A DNA stretch of 64,000 bases from Candidatus Poribacteria bacterium (GTDB taxonomy: Bacteria > Poribacteria > WGA-4E > WGA-3G): the NCBI GenBank assembly GCA_965197475.1, contig CBDANF010000003.1, positions 2,016,001 through 2,080,000 on the forward strand, in the 5' to 3' direction. Of this stretch, positions 10,238 to 20,181 are shown piece after piece. Under the pieces are notes generated by a model. That model was not told where the DNA came from and did no database searches. It saw only the letters and a program-made list of their open reading frames with translations. Position numbers and translations under genes: made by a program. Position 1 is the stretch's first letter. Each line of letters begins with the position of its first letter.

Positions 10238-11980
10238 TTAGCAGGCACCACATTTTTTACAAACTGTGGTATCACATTGGCTTGTCATAAAGCCTTTTTC
10301 GTGCTTGTTAAATTCGAGTTGTAGGAATTGCGGTTTAACGTTTAGGTCAAGATGATCCCAAGGGTTTACTTCGTTGAATTCGCGTTGACGAAGCGCATAA
10401 AAATCAGGGGCTAATCCGTGTTTACGGAAAGCGTTGTTCCACGATGTTCCACGGGCAATTTCCAATATAACCTTCCCGAGTCGGCGGTCGCCGCGTGCGA
10501 AAACTGCTTCTTGGTGTGCCATGCGCGCACTTGCAGATGATACCTTTATACTACCAAGACTGTTAATCTCCCGCTTTAGAAAGTCAAGTTTCTTCGCAAT
10601 CGTTTTAGGTGGTTCCATCGGCACCCACTGAAACGGCGTATGCGGTTTCGGTACCATTGGTGAAATAGTAAAACTGATTCGACCTATCTTCCCGGTCCGT
10701 TTGGCATGTGGAAGTAGAATTGTACGCATCTCTTTCGCCATTTCTGCAATCGCTGTCACATCTGCTGGTGTTTCGTGAGGGACACCGATGAGGAAGTATA
10801 AGCGAAGATTAAGTATGTCACGTTTCAGTGCCTCTTCAAAGATATAGTAGAGCCGTTCGCGAGGAATCGCTTTATTGACAACCTTTTGGAGTTCTTCAGT
10901 TGCCACTTCGGGAGCGATCGTAATTGTGCCTTGATCGCTATCGGCGAGTGCGTCAAGCAGCGGTGCCTCAACTGTTTCTGCGCGGAGTGAGGCACATGAT
11001 ATGCGGAATCCTTTGTCAACCAAACCCGATGCGATCTCATTTATCTGCGGATGGTCGGAGATGGAGGCACCAACTAACCCGATCCTATCCGTAATACCCC
11101 TTGCTTTTTCTGCCAGGGCAAGTGTGTTTTCTACGGAGCGGTGTCTCGGCCATCGGCGTGCGTAATCTGCTACGCAGAAACGACACTGCCTGCCACATCC
11201 ACGCACAATTTCAATCAGGTGTGCATTTGAGAACTCCGTATTAGGCGTATGAATCTGTGTGCAGGTTTCCACACTATCAAGTACTGGTACTGCTGCGGAG
11301 CGAATTTTCTCTGGAACACCTGGCTTCGGAGTAACCTGTTTAACTTTTCCATCTGAATGGTATGTAACATCGTAAAAACTTGGGACATAAAATCCGGGTT
11401 CTACGCTAAGTGATTTCAATAGGTCATCTTTTGGGGCGTTTGACATCTTCCACTCGTGGAATTTATCCATCAGTTGATGGATTATCAGTTCTGCCTCGCC
11501 TACGACAAAAACATCAATGAAATCAGCCAATGGCTCTGGGTTATAAGAGATGTTAATTCCACCCGCAATGATAAGCGGATCCCACTCGGAGCGTTCTTCA
11601 GCAAGCTGCGGTATGTTTCCTAACGCCAATGCCCGTGGGATATTAACATAGTCAGATTCAAACGAGACAGAAAATCCGACGATATCAAAAGCGTGAAGAG
11701 CGGTTTGTGTTTCCAGAGAGAAGAGAGGAGTACTCTTCTTTATGAGTTCACGGACATACTGAGGTTCGGGTATAAAGAAACGCTCACAGGCGGTGTCCTT
11801 CCGACTGTTCAACGTCGCATGAATGACCTGAATTCCTAAACTTGACATACCAAGCTGATATGTGCTTGGGTAAACCAGGGCAAACTTGTTAGATTTTCTG
11901 AAATGTGTTGGCGCACTTTCCCCTTGCACCGCGTATTTTTCGGTTTTTAGGAGCTGCTGCGCGTACTGGCGTAAATCCAA
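10238..11980 (-). CDS. B12-binding radical SAM protein (uncharacterised family)
   Basis: YPSTYQLGMSSLG N-terminus, RGCGRQCRFC CxxxCxxC motif, PKPHTPFQW, C-terminal CxxCGAC. Confidence 0.85.
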   Translation of the reverse strand: MDLRQYAQQLLKTEKYAVQGESAPTHFRKSNKFALVYPSTYQLGMSSLGIQVIHATLNSRKDTACERFFIPEPQYVRELIKKSTPLFSLETQTALHAFDIVGFSVSFESDYVNIPRALALGNIPQLAEERSEWDPLIIAGGINISYNPEPLADFIDVFVVGEAELIIHQLMDKFHEWKMSNAPKDDLLKSLSVEPGFYVPSFYDVTYHSDGKVKQVTPKPGVPEKIRSAAVPVLDSVETCTQIHTPNTEFSNAHLIEIVRGCGRQCRFCVADYARRWPRHRSVENTLALAEKARGITDRIGLVGASISDHPQINEIASGLVDKGFRISCASLRAETVEAPLLDALADSDQGTITIAPEVATEELQKVVNKAIPRERLYYIFEEALKRDILNLRLYFLIGVPHETPADVTAIAEMAKEMRTILLPHAKRTGKIGRISFTISPMVPKPHTPFQWVPMEPPKTIAKKLDFLKREINSLGSIKVSSASARMAHQEAVFARGDRRLGKVILEIARGTSWNNAFRKHGLAPDFYALRQREFNEVNPWDHLDLNVKPQFLQLEFNKHEKGFMTSQCDTTVCKKCGAC

Positions 11981-12032
11981 TTGAATTCCTCTTTATTAGT
12001 CCGTATACGAACAAGATAGGATGCATATAGAA

Positions 12033-13469
12033 TTAGTTTCTACGTTTATCCCTTCTCTGTTGAACCCGAAGGAACGCGGGGATGTCCCACTGTTTTTCAC
12101 GGTTCTGTTCTTGCGCTTCGTTGGACTCCTGTTGATTATTTTCAGGTTCTTCCTTTTCGTGTTGCTGTTGTGTTTTGCCTTGGCGATTCACATTACGCGG
12201 GATTGTAGAACCAGGCTTTTCTTCGTTACCTCTTTCCTGTGGTTGCCTGTCCCAAGCTGGACGTTGCGTGCCACGTTGCGTCCGTCCGGTAGCTCCTGAC
12301 TCAGTATTCCGAACACGACTACCTTGAAGCATCGGGTTTGGTTGTCCCGCTTGTGGTCCCCCTTGTGGGTTATAACCACCACCTCGGTTTGCCAATAAAC
12401 TTGCATTTGAAGGTGGGTCAAAACCGGTGGCAATTACAGTTACCAACACTTCATCGTTAAGTTCCAACTCATCCTTGTAGACTAACCCGAAGATAGGTTG
12501 TGCATCCTCTGATGCTTCCCTGATGACTCCCATCGCTTCATCTAATTCGTGCATCGTGAAATCTGGTGGCGAGGTGATATTAACAATCATCCCGACAGCT
12601 CCGGCGATACTCGTTTCTTCAAGTAGCGGTGAAGAGATAGCGGCTTGCGCTGCGGCTTGCGCACGATTGTCTCCAGTGGCTCGTCCCATACCCATCAGTG
12701 CAGTTCCTGCATCGCGCATGACTGTTTCCACATCGGCAAAGTCAACGTTAATTTCACCTGCTTCTGTAATAATATCCGAAATGCTTTGGACACCATGTAA
12801 TAGGATTTCGTCTCCTATCTTGAATGCTTCTTGAATCGGAAGTTTCCTATCAATTGTATCAATTAGGCGTTGGTTCGGCACTACAATGACAGAATCAGCA
12901 CTGGTTCGAAGTTGCTTCAAACCCTCTTCTGCATTTTCTGCGCGGTGTCTTCCTTCAAAATTGAAGGGACGTGTTACGACACCAACCGTTAAAGCTCCTT
13001 TTTCCTTAGCGAGCGTTGCTATAATTGGTGCAGCACCAGTACCGGTGCCACCTCCCATCCCCGCTGCGACAAAGACCATGTGAGCAGAATCAACAATTTC
13101 TTGTAAACATTCTCGGTCTTCCTCCGCTGCTTTTCTACCAATTTCCGGATTAGCACCTGCACCTAACCCTTTGGTTGTGTTCATACCTATTTTAACTTGT
13201 GTGGCACCATGACAGGTGTTGAGTGCTTGTTGATCCGTGTTAACTGCATAAAACTCAATGCCAGTGAGTCCTGCTTCGATCATACGTCTGACGGCGTTTC
13301 CGCCTGCGCCACCTACACCGATTACTTTGATCTTTGCTCTCGCATTGTCAAATTGCTCTTGTTCAAAATCTATCATTTTTATTTTAGTCACCTTTGGACA
13401 ACTCATCCTTCGGTGCCTCCGCAGCATAATAACTTCCGTTTGATTTGTTGTGGAACGTTGTCTAACCAA
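12033..13469 (-). CDS. ftsZ: Cell division protein FtsZ
   Basis: IKVIGVGGAGGNAV, GGGTGTG tubulin signature, INVDFADV, long Q/N-rich linker and C-terminal DIPAFLR. Start could be 13469 (TTG after AGGAGG) or a downstream ATG. Confidence 0.97.
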   Translation of the reverse strand: MVRQRSTTNQTEVIMLRRHRRMSCPKVTKIKMIDFEQEQFDNARAKIKVIGVGGAGGNAVRRMIEAGLTGIEFYAVNTDQQALNTCHGATQVKIGMNTTKGLGAGANPEIGRKAAEEDRECLQEIVDSAHMVFVAAGMGGGTGTGAAPIIATLAKEKGALTVGVVTRPFNFEGRHRAENAEEGLKQLRTSADSVIVVPNQRLIDTIDRKLPIQEAFKIGDEILLHGVQSISDIITEAGEINVDFADVETVMRDAGTALMGMGRATGDNRAQAAAQAAISSPLLEETSIAGAVGMIVNITSPPDFTMHELDEAMGVIREASEDAQPIFGLVYKDELELNDEVLVTVIATGFDPPSNASLLANRGGGYNPQGGPQAGQPNPMLQGSRVRNTESGATGRTQRGTQRPAWDRQPQERGNEEKPGSTIPRNVNRQGKTQQQHEKEEPENNQQESNEAQEQNREKQWDIPAFLRVQQRRDKRRN

Positions 13470-13668
13470 CGGTAACCTAATTCCTCCTTCTGCATAAGCA
13501 TTTCACTCAGTAAGTGCTATATCAGTGTGTAATTTTATAACACGCTTTGTGCTTGATTCACTGAATTGTAATTATACTATCTAAATTATACAAACAATTT
13601 AGAATTAAATCAATACCATGCGCAACGTTTCCGTAAAAATTGGAATTATCAGCGTTCGCTTAGAGTTC

Positions 13669-13696
13669 TTATATACAATTATATACAATTATATAC
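13669..13696. repeat. 10-bp tandem repeat (TTATATACAA x2.8) in the ftsA-ftsZ spacer
   Basis: ttatatacaa ttatatacaa ttatatac read directly. Confidence 0.8.
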
Positions 13697-13796
13697 CTTC
13701 TTACTCTACTCATGTATTACGAAACACGCTATATCTTTAGAATTGCTATTATTTCAAGTTATAGAAAACGAATTGCCGCTGTGGGTCATTTATAAT

Positions 13797-15032
13797 CTAA
13801 TAGCCGAACCATTCCTTTATACGACGGAAAAATCCTCCAATTGGACTTGAACCCCGTCTTAATGCTTGTGCTTTTTTTTGTTCACGTCGCAAGGATTCTC
13901 CGTGCATTGCTAACCCTAAACTTGTAGCATACATCGGATAATTTACTCGGTCCATTAACCCCTTTAGTTCCATGGGATATCCCACTTGTACACGAAGTTG
14001 TAAAATCTGTTCAGCAAGTTCAGTTAAACCATCCATGAGTGCTGTTCCACCTGTCAGCACAAGTCCGCCGGGAAGTTGCATACCGCCAAGTTCATTAGCT
14101 ATTTCCTCAAGAATTTGTACCATTCGAAATTCAATGATTTGTGCCAACTCAAAGCGGCTGATAAACCGAGGAGGCATTGACCCTGTTGTAACCGGGATTG
14201 GATTGGTATCGTCTTCAGGCACCAACTCTGTCCATGCACATCCTCGGTGAAGTTTTAGTTCTTCCGCCATGGGTAGTGTCACTTTTAGAAATTGAGCGAT
14301 GTCGTTTGTTACGTGCTGTCCGCCCACTGGAAATACCACTACGTGTTCAATAGCGTCTTCCTTATAGACAACGATTTCTGTTGTTTGGTCTCCGATATCT
14401 GCAAGTGCGATGCCCACCTCACGTTCACTTCTCTGTAGGACAGATTTTGCGGAGACAACTGGAGCGATAGCAAGGGTTTCCACACTCGGAATTTCTGCAC
14501 TTTCAACGCTGTTTAACAGACTTTGAATTCCACTTGTGGTTCCAGTAATTATATATGTATTTGCTTCTAAACGAGACCCCGACATTCCAACCGGTTCTTT
14601 AATCCGATTGTGCATGTCAATAACAAAGTTCTGCTCCATTACGTGCAGAATATCATGACCATCAGGGATAGCAGCAATTGTTCTTGCCGATTGCACAGCT
14701 CGATCCACATCATCCTTTGTGATCTGTGCAGCATTTTTCACAGTTACCACACCGCGTGATGTTTGTCCAACAATATGCTCACCTGATATGCCTAAACATA
14801 CCGACTCTATGTTTACTCCTGCCATGAGTTCTGCTTCCGAAACCGCTTCTCGTATCGCTTCTGCTGTTTGATTGATGTCAACCACAACCCCTCTTCGCAA
14901 CCCTTTTGAACTCGCAGCACCGACACCGATAATTTCCATCTGCCCATCCAAACTCGGCAAGGTGTGGCAGATAACAACCGAGATTTTGCTTGAGCCGATA
15001 TCCAATCCAGTGATAATCGTTCCTTTTGCCAT
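13797..15032 (-). CDS. ftsA: Cell division protein FtsA
   Basis: GLDIGSSKI, KGLRRGVVVDI, GGQHVTNDIA, VLTGGTA, amphipathic C-terminus RIKEWF. Confidence 0.96.
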   Translation of the reverse strand: MAKGTIITGLDIGSSKISVVICHTLPSLDGQMEIIGVGAASSKGLRRGVVVDINQTAEAIREAVSEAELMAGVNIESVCLGISGEHIVGQTSRGVVTVKNAAQITKDDVDRAVQSARTIAAIPDGHDILHVMEQNFVIDMHNRIKEPVGMSGSRLEANTYIITGTTSGIQSLLNSVESAEIPSVETLAIAPVVSAKSVLQRSEREVGIALADIGDQTTEIVVYKEDAIEHVVVFPVGGQHVTNDIAQFLKVTLPMAEELKLHRGCAWTELVPEDDTNPIPVTTGSMPPRFISRFELAQIIEFRMVQILEEIANELGGMQLPGGLVLTGGTALMDGLTELAEQILQLRVQVGYPMELKGLMDRVNYPMYATSLGLAMHGESLRREQKKAQALRRGSSPIGGFFRRIKEWFGY

Positions 15033-15989
15033 CTATTTGTTGGCACCTCCTAAATAAAGTGTATCTTCATACCGTGCATCTAAATATGTATATTTTTTTG
15101 GTAAAGGAATATCCGTATTACCTGCACGTGTTTTTGCCAATGTGTTTACATGTGACATTTGCTTTTCTTTTTGCAGGATAGAGAGTCCCTGCTGTTTTAC
15201 AAACAGATCAACATGGTGAAGTCCTGTTTCAATCAAATCTGACGCGATCCACACTGGCATATCTAAACTTTCTGTGTCAATGATTATTTTCTGCGAATTT
15301 CGCGCGTCAATGGTTTTCAGGTCTGTTGTTAGTTTGTGTGCTCTCAACATTACGAGTTTCAGAATATGAATGCCGAGTTGTGTTGTACCGGTTTTTATCT
15401 GTTTGCCAATCTGAGGTTCCTGTATCCCTTCATCCAGAATGAGCGTCATGTGGTTATATTTTTCTGGTGTAATAGATTCTAACACATAACCTTCTCCATC
15501 TACCAAAAAAAAATTATCTTTGCTTTTTCTTCCTGTTTTTTTTTTAGATACATTTTCTGATTCCGGTTCTTCTAATAAGGTATGTTTTACACGTGCAAAC
15601 GGTTCACGTTCAGTAATTTCAATAGTCAACTGCCGTCTTACAAAATTTTTGGAAATGTGAGCATCCTCAATATAACTCAGATTCTCCTTTAGAAACGCAA
15701 CATTTTTCGCTTCGGAATCTGTGATGATATTGCCAAGGTTTTCGCCTAAGACATCATAAATTTGTCCTTCAGTATAGTGAGAATTACCAAAAAGAGCGAT
15801 AGATACGTTCACGTGTTCAAAATCGAAAAAACTGAGTAGGATCTTTCCTAAAAACAGCAAAGTTATGACCAAAATGCCGAGTATGATTATCCTTCGGGCA
15901 CGATATTTCGGTGTGCGAATCCCCCCTGGTTTGAAAATGCGATGGGAGAGACTATCTTTTTTCCGTGCGCGTTTTTTTGGAAAAATCAT
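15033..15989 (-). CDS. ftsQ: Cell division protein FtsQ/DivIB
   Basis: Basic N-terminus, single TM helix, POTRA-like region ending LTIEITEREP, C-terminal YLDARY; lies between murC and ftsA. Confidence 0.8.
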   Translation of the reverse strand: MIFPKKRARKKDSLSHRIFKPGGIRTPKYRARRIIILGILVITLLFLGKILLSFFDFEHVNVSIALFGNSHYTEGQIYDVLGENLGNIITDSEAKNVAFLKENLSYIEDAHISKNFVRRQLTIEITEREPFARVKHTLLEEPESENVSKKKTGRKSKDNFFLVDGEGYVLESITPEKYNHMTLILDEGIQEPQIGKQIKTGTTQLGIHILKLVMLRAHKLTTDLKTIDARNSQKIIIDTESLDMPVWIASDLIETGLHHVDLFVKQQGLSILQKEKQMSHVNTLAKTRAGNTDIPLPKKYTYLDARYEDTLYLGGANK

Positions 15990-15994
15990 TATTT

Positions 15995-17389
15995 TTAACT
16001 CATTCTTGATGCACGTTTGTTTAAAAATTTGCGTCCTACATGCACAATATCGCCTGCCCCAAGCGTGATAACCAAATCATTTGGTCGCGTAATTGCAATT
16101 AGACGGTCAACTACCTCATCCATTTCAGATATGTAAATTACATTTGGATGCCCATGCGCTTCGATCGCACGGGCTAAGTTTTCTCCAGTCACATTCTCTA
16201 TTGGTTCTTCGCCTGCACCGTAGATTGATGTCACAATCAGTATGTCCGCCTGATAAAATGATCGGCAGAACTCATTAGCCAGATCGCGTACGCGCGCATA
16301 TCGATGTGGTTGAAAAACAGCCACAATTCGTCGGTTATAGCCCTCTCTGGCACCTCGCAGAGCTGCCATTAGTTTTGCGGGGTTATGTGCGTAATCGTCA
16401 ACAACAACTATATCATCAACGGTTCCCAACACTTCAAACCGACGGTGTACGCCTTGAAAGGATTCAAGTGCGTCTTGAATTCTGGCGAACGAAATTTCCA
16501 ATTCAAATCCTACTGCTATTGCAGCTAACGAATTTGCAATATTGTGCCGTCCGGGCATTTTAAGATGGACTTTGCCGCACACCTCTCCATAATTCCGAAC
16601 TTGAAAAAGAGAGGTGGGCCCGTCGATCTTAATTTCCTCTGCAATCAAGTCAGCACGTGTATCAAGTCCGTATGTCACAAACTTCTTTTCAACCTGTGGA
16701 ATAAGTTTTTGTATATTTTCTTGATCAAGACACAAAACAGCAGTTCCATAAAATGGAACTTTGTTGATAAATGTTAGAAACGTTTTTCCGATTTCTTCAA
16801 TGCTATTGTAATAATCCAGATGATCAGCATCAACAGAAGTGACAACAGCGATAGTCGGATAAAACATTTCAATTGAACCGTATGCTTCATCTGCTTCTAT
16901 AACCATAACATCACCGTGTCCACTTCGTGCGTTACTTCCATTGACCAACTTTGCTCCAACAACGACTGTTGGATCAAGTGTTGACAAAACAGCAGCGGTC
17001 ATTGCTGTTGTTGTCGTTTTCCCATGGGTGCCACTGACAGCAATGCTATACCGCATCCGTGTAATCTCATTTAACATTTCTGCTCCCCGAATAATGGGGA
17101 TTTTGGCAAGCATCGCAGCTTGTAGTTCTGGATTGTCCTCTGGAATGGCAGGTGACATGACGACTACATCTGCTCCATTCACTTGGGAGGACGCATGACC
17201 GTACCAAATTTTGGCACCACATGTCTTTAAATGCTCTGTCGTAGCAGACTTTTTAATGTCTGAGCCAGTGACATCAAAATCATGGTCAAGCAGGACCTCT
17301 GCAATCCCACTTAAGCCTGCTCCACCTATACCTATGATATGGATGTGTTGTGTCTTTCCAAACAACGCTAATCTCCATTTCACAACCAC
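15995..17389 (-). CDS. murC: UDP-N-acetylmuramate--L-alanine ligase
   Basis: HIIGIGGAGLSGIA, GTHGKTTT, EADE, DDYAHNP, VFQPHRY. Confidence 0.96.
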   Translation of the reverse strand: MVVKWRLALFGKTQHIHIIGIGGAGLSGIAEVLLDHDFDVTGSDIKKSATTEHLKTCGAKIWYGHASSQVNGADVVVMSPAIPEDNPELQAAMLAKIPIIRGAEMLNEITRMRYSIAVSGTHGKTTTTAMTAAVLSTLDPTVVVGAKLVNGSNARSGHGDVMVIEADEAYGSIEMFYPTIAVVTSVDADHLDYYNSIEEIGKTFLTFINKVPFYGTAVLCLDQENIQKLIPQVEKKFVTYGLDTRADLIAEEIKIDGPTSLFQVRNYGEVCGKVHLKMPGRHNIANSLAAIAVGFELEISFARIQDALESFQGVHRRFEVLGTVDDIVVVDDYAHNPAKLMAALRGAREGYNRRIVAVFQPHRYARVRDLANEFCRSFYQADILIVTSIYGAGEEPIENVTGENLARAIEAHGHPNVIYISEMDEVVDRLIAITRPNDLVITLGAGDIVHVGRKFLNKRASRMS

Positions 17390-17418
17390 TGTTGAATTAC
17401 GAATATGATTTATCTTCT

Positions 17419-18657
17419 CTATGTTTCTGTAGGAGATGCAAGTCTATAAATTGACTCGGCAATTGTGTCACTTGCATGCGGACGACCCAAACTTTGGCTT
17501 GCAGTTTTCATTTGTTGATAGATATCTTCATCTGTTATAATACGAATTAGTTTTTCCACAACAACATCAGGAGTCAATTCTTCCTGTTCAAGCACAACAG
17601 CAGCACCCGCATTCGCAACTGTTTCAGCATTGCGGACTTGGTTATTACCTACGGCTGCAGGTAGTGGGATAAAGATTGCCGGAATACCACAAGCAGTGAC
17701 TTCAGACACTGTCATTCCACCAGCTCTACAAATCATCACATCAGCGATACTATATATTTCTTCAACTTGATCAAAAAAAGGTTGAACATGGTGTGGTATT
17801 TCGTGCTTTGTGTAGGCTGATTCTACCCCCTCTACATCCGTTTTTCCAGTTTGATGTACAATCTGGAGTTGGACAGCATTTGAAGTGTCTAAAGGAGCTG
17901 TACGCTCACTATTCGTTTCTAACTTGATAGAGAGAGTAGATTTAGCAATTAATGGACATGCCTCTATCATTGCCTCATTAACTGCATGAGCACCTTGGCT
18001 GCCTCCCATAACGAACACCGTTTTACGAGTTGGACATAACTTATATTTTCTGTAGGTTTCATCTTTACGCGGATAATCTGTTATTCCAGGTCGAATCGGG
18101 TTGCCTGTCACCTCCACAATCTGTTTCGGAAATCGTTGAGTATCCGGTGGTAATGCAAGGTAAGCTGCTTTAGCACGACGCGCGAGGATACTATTTGTCA
18201 AACCAGGGGACACGTTCTGCTCTTGGAGTGCTATCGGAATACCCCGCAGCCAAGCAGCAAAGAGAACAGGTCCAGAAACATAACCTCCTGTTCCGATGAC
18301 GACATCTGGTCGGAATTGCTTCAAGTACTTCAAAGACTGCACAAGTCCTTGGCAAACTTTTATTATAACAGGAATCCACTTCCATGTCAAGCTGCGCGGG
18401 AATCCCTCAACGGAAATGGGTAAAAACCGAAAACCTTGTTGCGGAACAAGCGTTGATTCTAAACGGTCACGCCCACCGATAAACACAATGTTTACCTCTG
18501 AATTGAGACGTTGAAGGGCTTGGGCAATACCGATGGCAGGATAAATATGTCCGCCTGTTCCACCTCCGGCAAGGACGAACCGCTTCTCATTCTTTTCACG
18601 ATTAGTATTATCTGCTGCAGTGTTTTGTTGTTTATGTCGCGTTTTTTGCTTTTTCAC
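17419..18657 (-). CDS. murG: Lipid I N-acetylglucosaminyltransferase
   Basis: GGGTGGHIYP, GGYVSGP, GNPIR, GGSQGA. Confidence 0.96.
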   Translation of the reverse strand: MKKQKTRHKQQNTAADNTNREKNEKRFVLAGGGTGGHIYPAIGIAQALQRLNSEVNIVFIGGRDRLESTLVPQQGFRFLPISVEGFPRSLTWKWIPVIIKVCQGLVQSLKYLKQFRPDVVIGTGGYVSGPVLFAAWLRGIPIALQEQNVSPGLTNSILARRAKAAYLALPPDTQRFPKQIVEVTGNPIRPGITDYPRKDETYRKYKLCPTRKTVFVMGGSQGAHAVNEAMIEACPLIAKSTLSIKLETNSERTAPLDTSNAVQLQIVHQTGKTDVEGVESAYTKHEIPHHVQPFFDQVEEIYSIADVMICRAGGMTVSEVTACGIPAIFIPLPAAVGNNQVRNAETVANAGAAVVLEQEELTPDVVVEKLIRIITDEDIYQQMKTASQSLGRPHASDTIAESIYRLASPTET

Positions 18658-18756
18658 ATCAACTAATTTTATTAGCCCCTAACACTTTGGACCTAATGAG
18701 CGATAATTATCCAGTGCTAAGTAATTATTATAAACCCCCCCATGCCTAATTCAAGT

Positions 18757-19995
18757 TTACGTTTTCCTTGTTTTTGGAGATGTTCGTGTAGCACTACGAG
18801 AAATGTTCAAAAGCATACCTACACCTACCAAGCTGATTACAAGAGACGATCCACCGTAACTGAGAAAAGGTAGCGTGATGCCTTTGGTGGGGAGTTGTCC
18901 TGTTACAACACCGATATTGATAAACGCTTGTAGGCCGATGATTATCGTAAGTCCGGTCGCGAACAGTGCCCCGAACCTGTTTTCTGTACGCCTTGCAATT
19001 GAAATGCCTCGCCAAACAAATATCATAAAGATTATTATGACGGTTGTTCCACCAATAAAACCGAATTCTTCCCCCAATATAGAAAAGATAAAATCTGTGT
19101 GTGGATACGGCAAATAATTTATTTTAGCTGCACTATCATCAATTCCAACACCGAATAAACCACCCCATTTGAGAGCATCTAATGAACGTCCCAACTGATA
19201 GCTCGCGGCATCTGGTGATTGCAGGGATGCCCAATAATCGGTTACGCGAGTTAATCGGTACGGATTGCTGATAATAAAACCTGCCAACAGCACACCTCCA
19301 GCTCCTATTAACATTAACGCGTGTGATAGGCGAATTCCTCCGATGAAAAGGAGGCTCCCTGCTGTTGCAGCTAATAGGACAGCTGAACCGAAATCCGGTT
19401 GTCTTGCAATTAGCGCGAACAGTAATCCTATAATGAGAACGTTTGGTAGTACTCCATTGAGTAGACTTTTTATGCGTTCCGGGTTTCGCGCTAAGAAATG
19501 TGCAGTGTGAATAATCAAGGCGATCTTTGCAAACTCAACCGGCTGGAATCGGAAACCTTTGACAACGATCCACCGGTTAAATCTTCCGCCTTCCGCTCCA
19601 CGCACACTGTTGCCAAGAGGTGTGAAAACAAGGATCAATAAGACGAACGCAAGAAATAGCAGCTTGTTACTATGCTTCTCATAAAACCTATACGGGATGT
19701 ATGAGGCGACACCCATCCCGACTAAACCTATAGCACAAGCAATTGCTTGGATTTTTAGGTAATGGTAATTGCTTCCGTACTGCTTTAAAGACAACACATG
19801 CCCAGCACTATAAACCATCAAGATGCCTATTCCAACAAGGCAGAGTGTGACAGCAAGCAAACCGGTGTCTACTCTGCCAAGACCCGTAATTTTGGGTTGA
19901 TCTCGATCAGAGGGAAGAACAGTGGGATTCGCATAGTTAAGGGTACTATGATTTTGCATTAGTCGTTCGTCCGTTCCTATTAGTACCTGAGCCAA
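18757..19995 (-). CDS. ftsW: SEDS peptidoglycan polymerase FtsW
   Basis: RWI...FQPVEFAK, QPDFGS, LPYPHTDFIFS, PFLSYGGSS; dcw position. Confidence 0.94.
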   Translation of the reverse strand: MAQVLIGTDERLMQNHSTLNYANPTVLPSDRDQPKITGLGRVDTGLLAVTLCLVGIGILMVYSAGHVLSLKQYGSNYHYLKIQAIACAIGLVGMGVASYIPYRFYEKHSNKLLFLAFVLLILVFTPLGNSVRGAEGGRFNRWIVVKGFRFQPVEFAKIALIIHTAHFLARNPERIKSLLNGVLPNVLIIGLLFALIARQPDFGSAVLLAATAGSLLFIGGIRLSHALMLIGAGGVLLAGFIISNPYRLTRVTDYWASLQSPDAASYQLGRSLDALKWGGLFGVGIDDSAAKINYLPYPHTDFIFSILGEEFGFIGGTTVIIIFMIFVWRGISIARRTENRFGALFATGLTIIIGLQAFINIGVVTGQLPTKGITLPFLSYGGSSLVISLVGVGMLLNISRSATRTSPKTRKT

Positions 19996-20004
19996 GTAAG
20001 AGCT

Positions 20005-20087
20005 TATGGTGAAATTTTAAAACAAGTAGATGTCTGTTGGTAAGCGCGCTGATCGACGGTGTATCTTTAATTCTAAAATCTACTATA
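20005..20087. mobile_element. Short MITE-like element (family 3) between murD and ftsW
   Basis: Right end 20068-20087 is the exact reverse complement of 54510-54529 (20/20). Left end TATGGTGAAATTTTAAAA is a degenerate inverted repeat. Confidence 0.6.
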
Positions 20088-20181
20088 ATTTTATTTAAAC
20101 GTTGTTTTCTGTGTCAGAAATGTGTGATATACGCTAAGCACGGAATTCCCATATAGAAAGCATAATTCAGAAGCAGTATTA

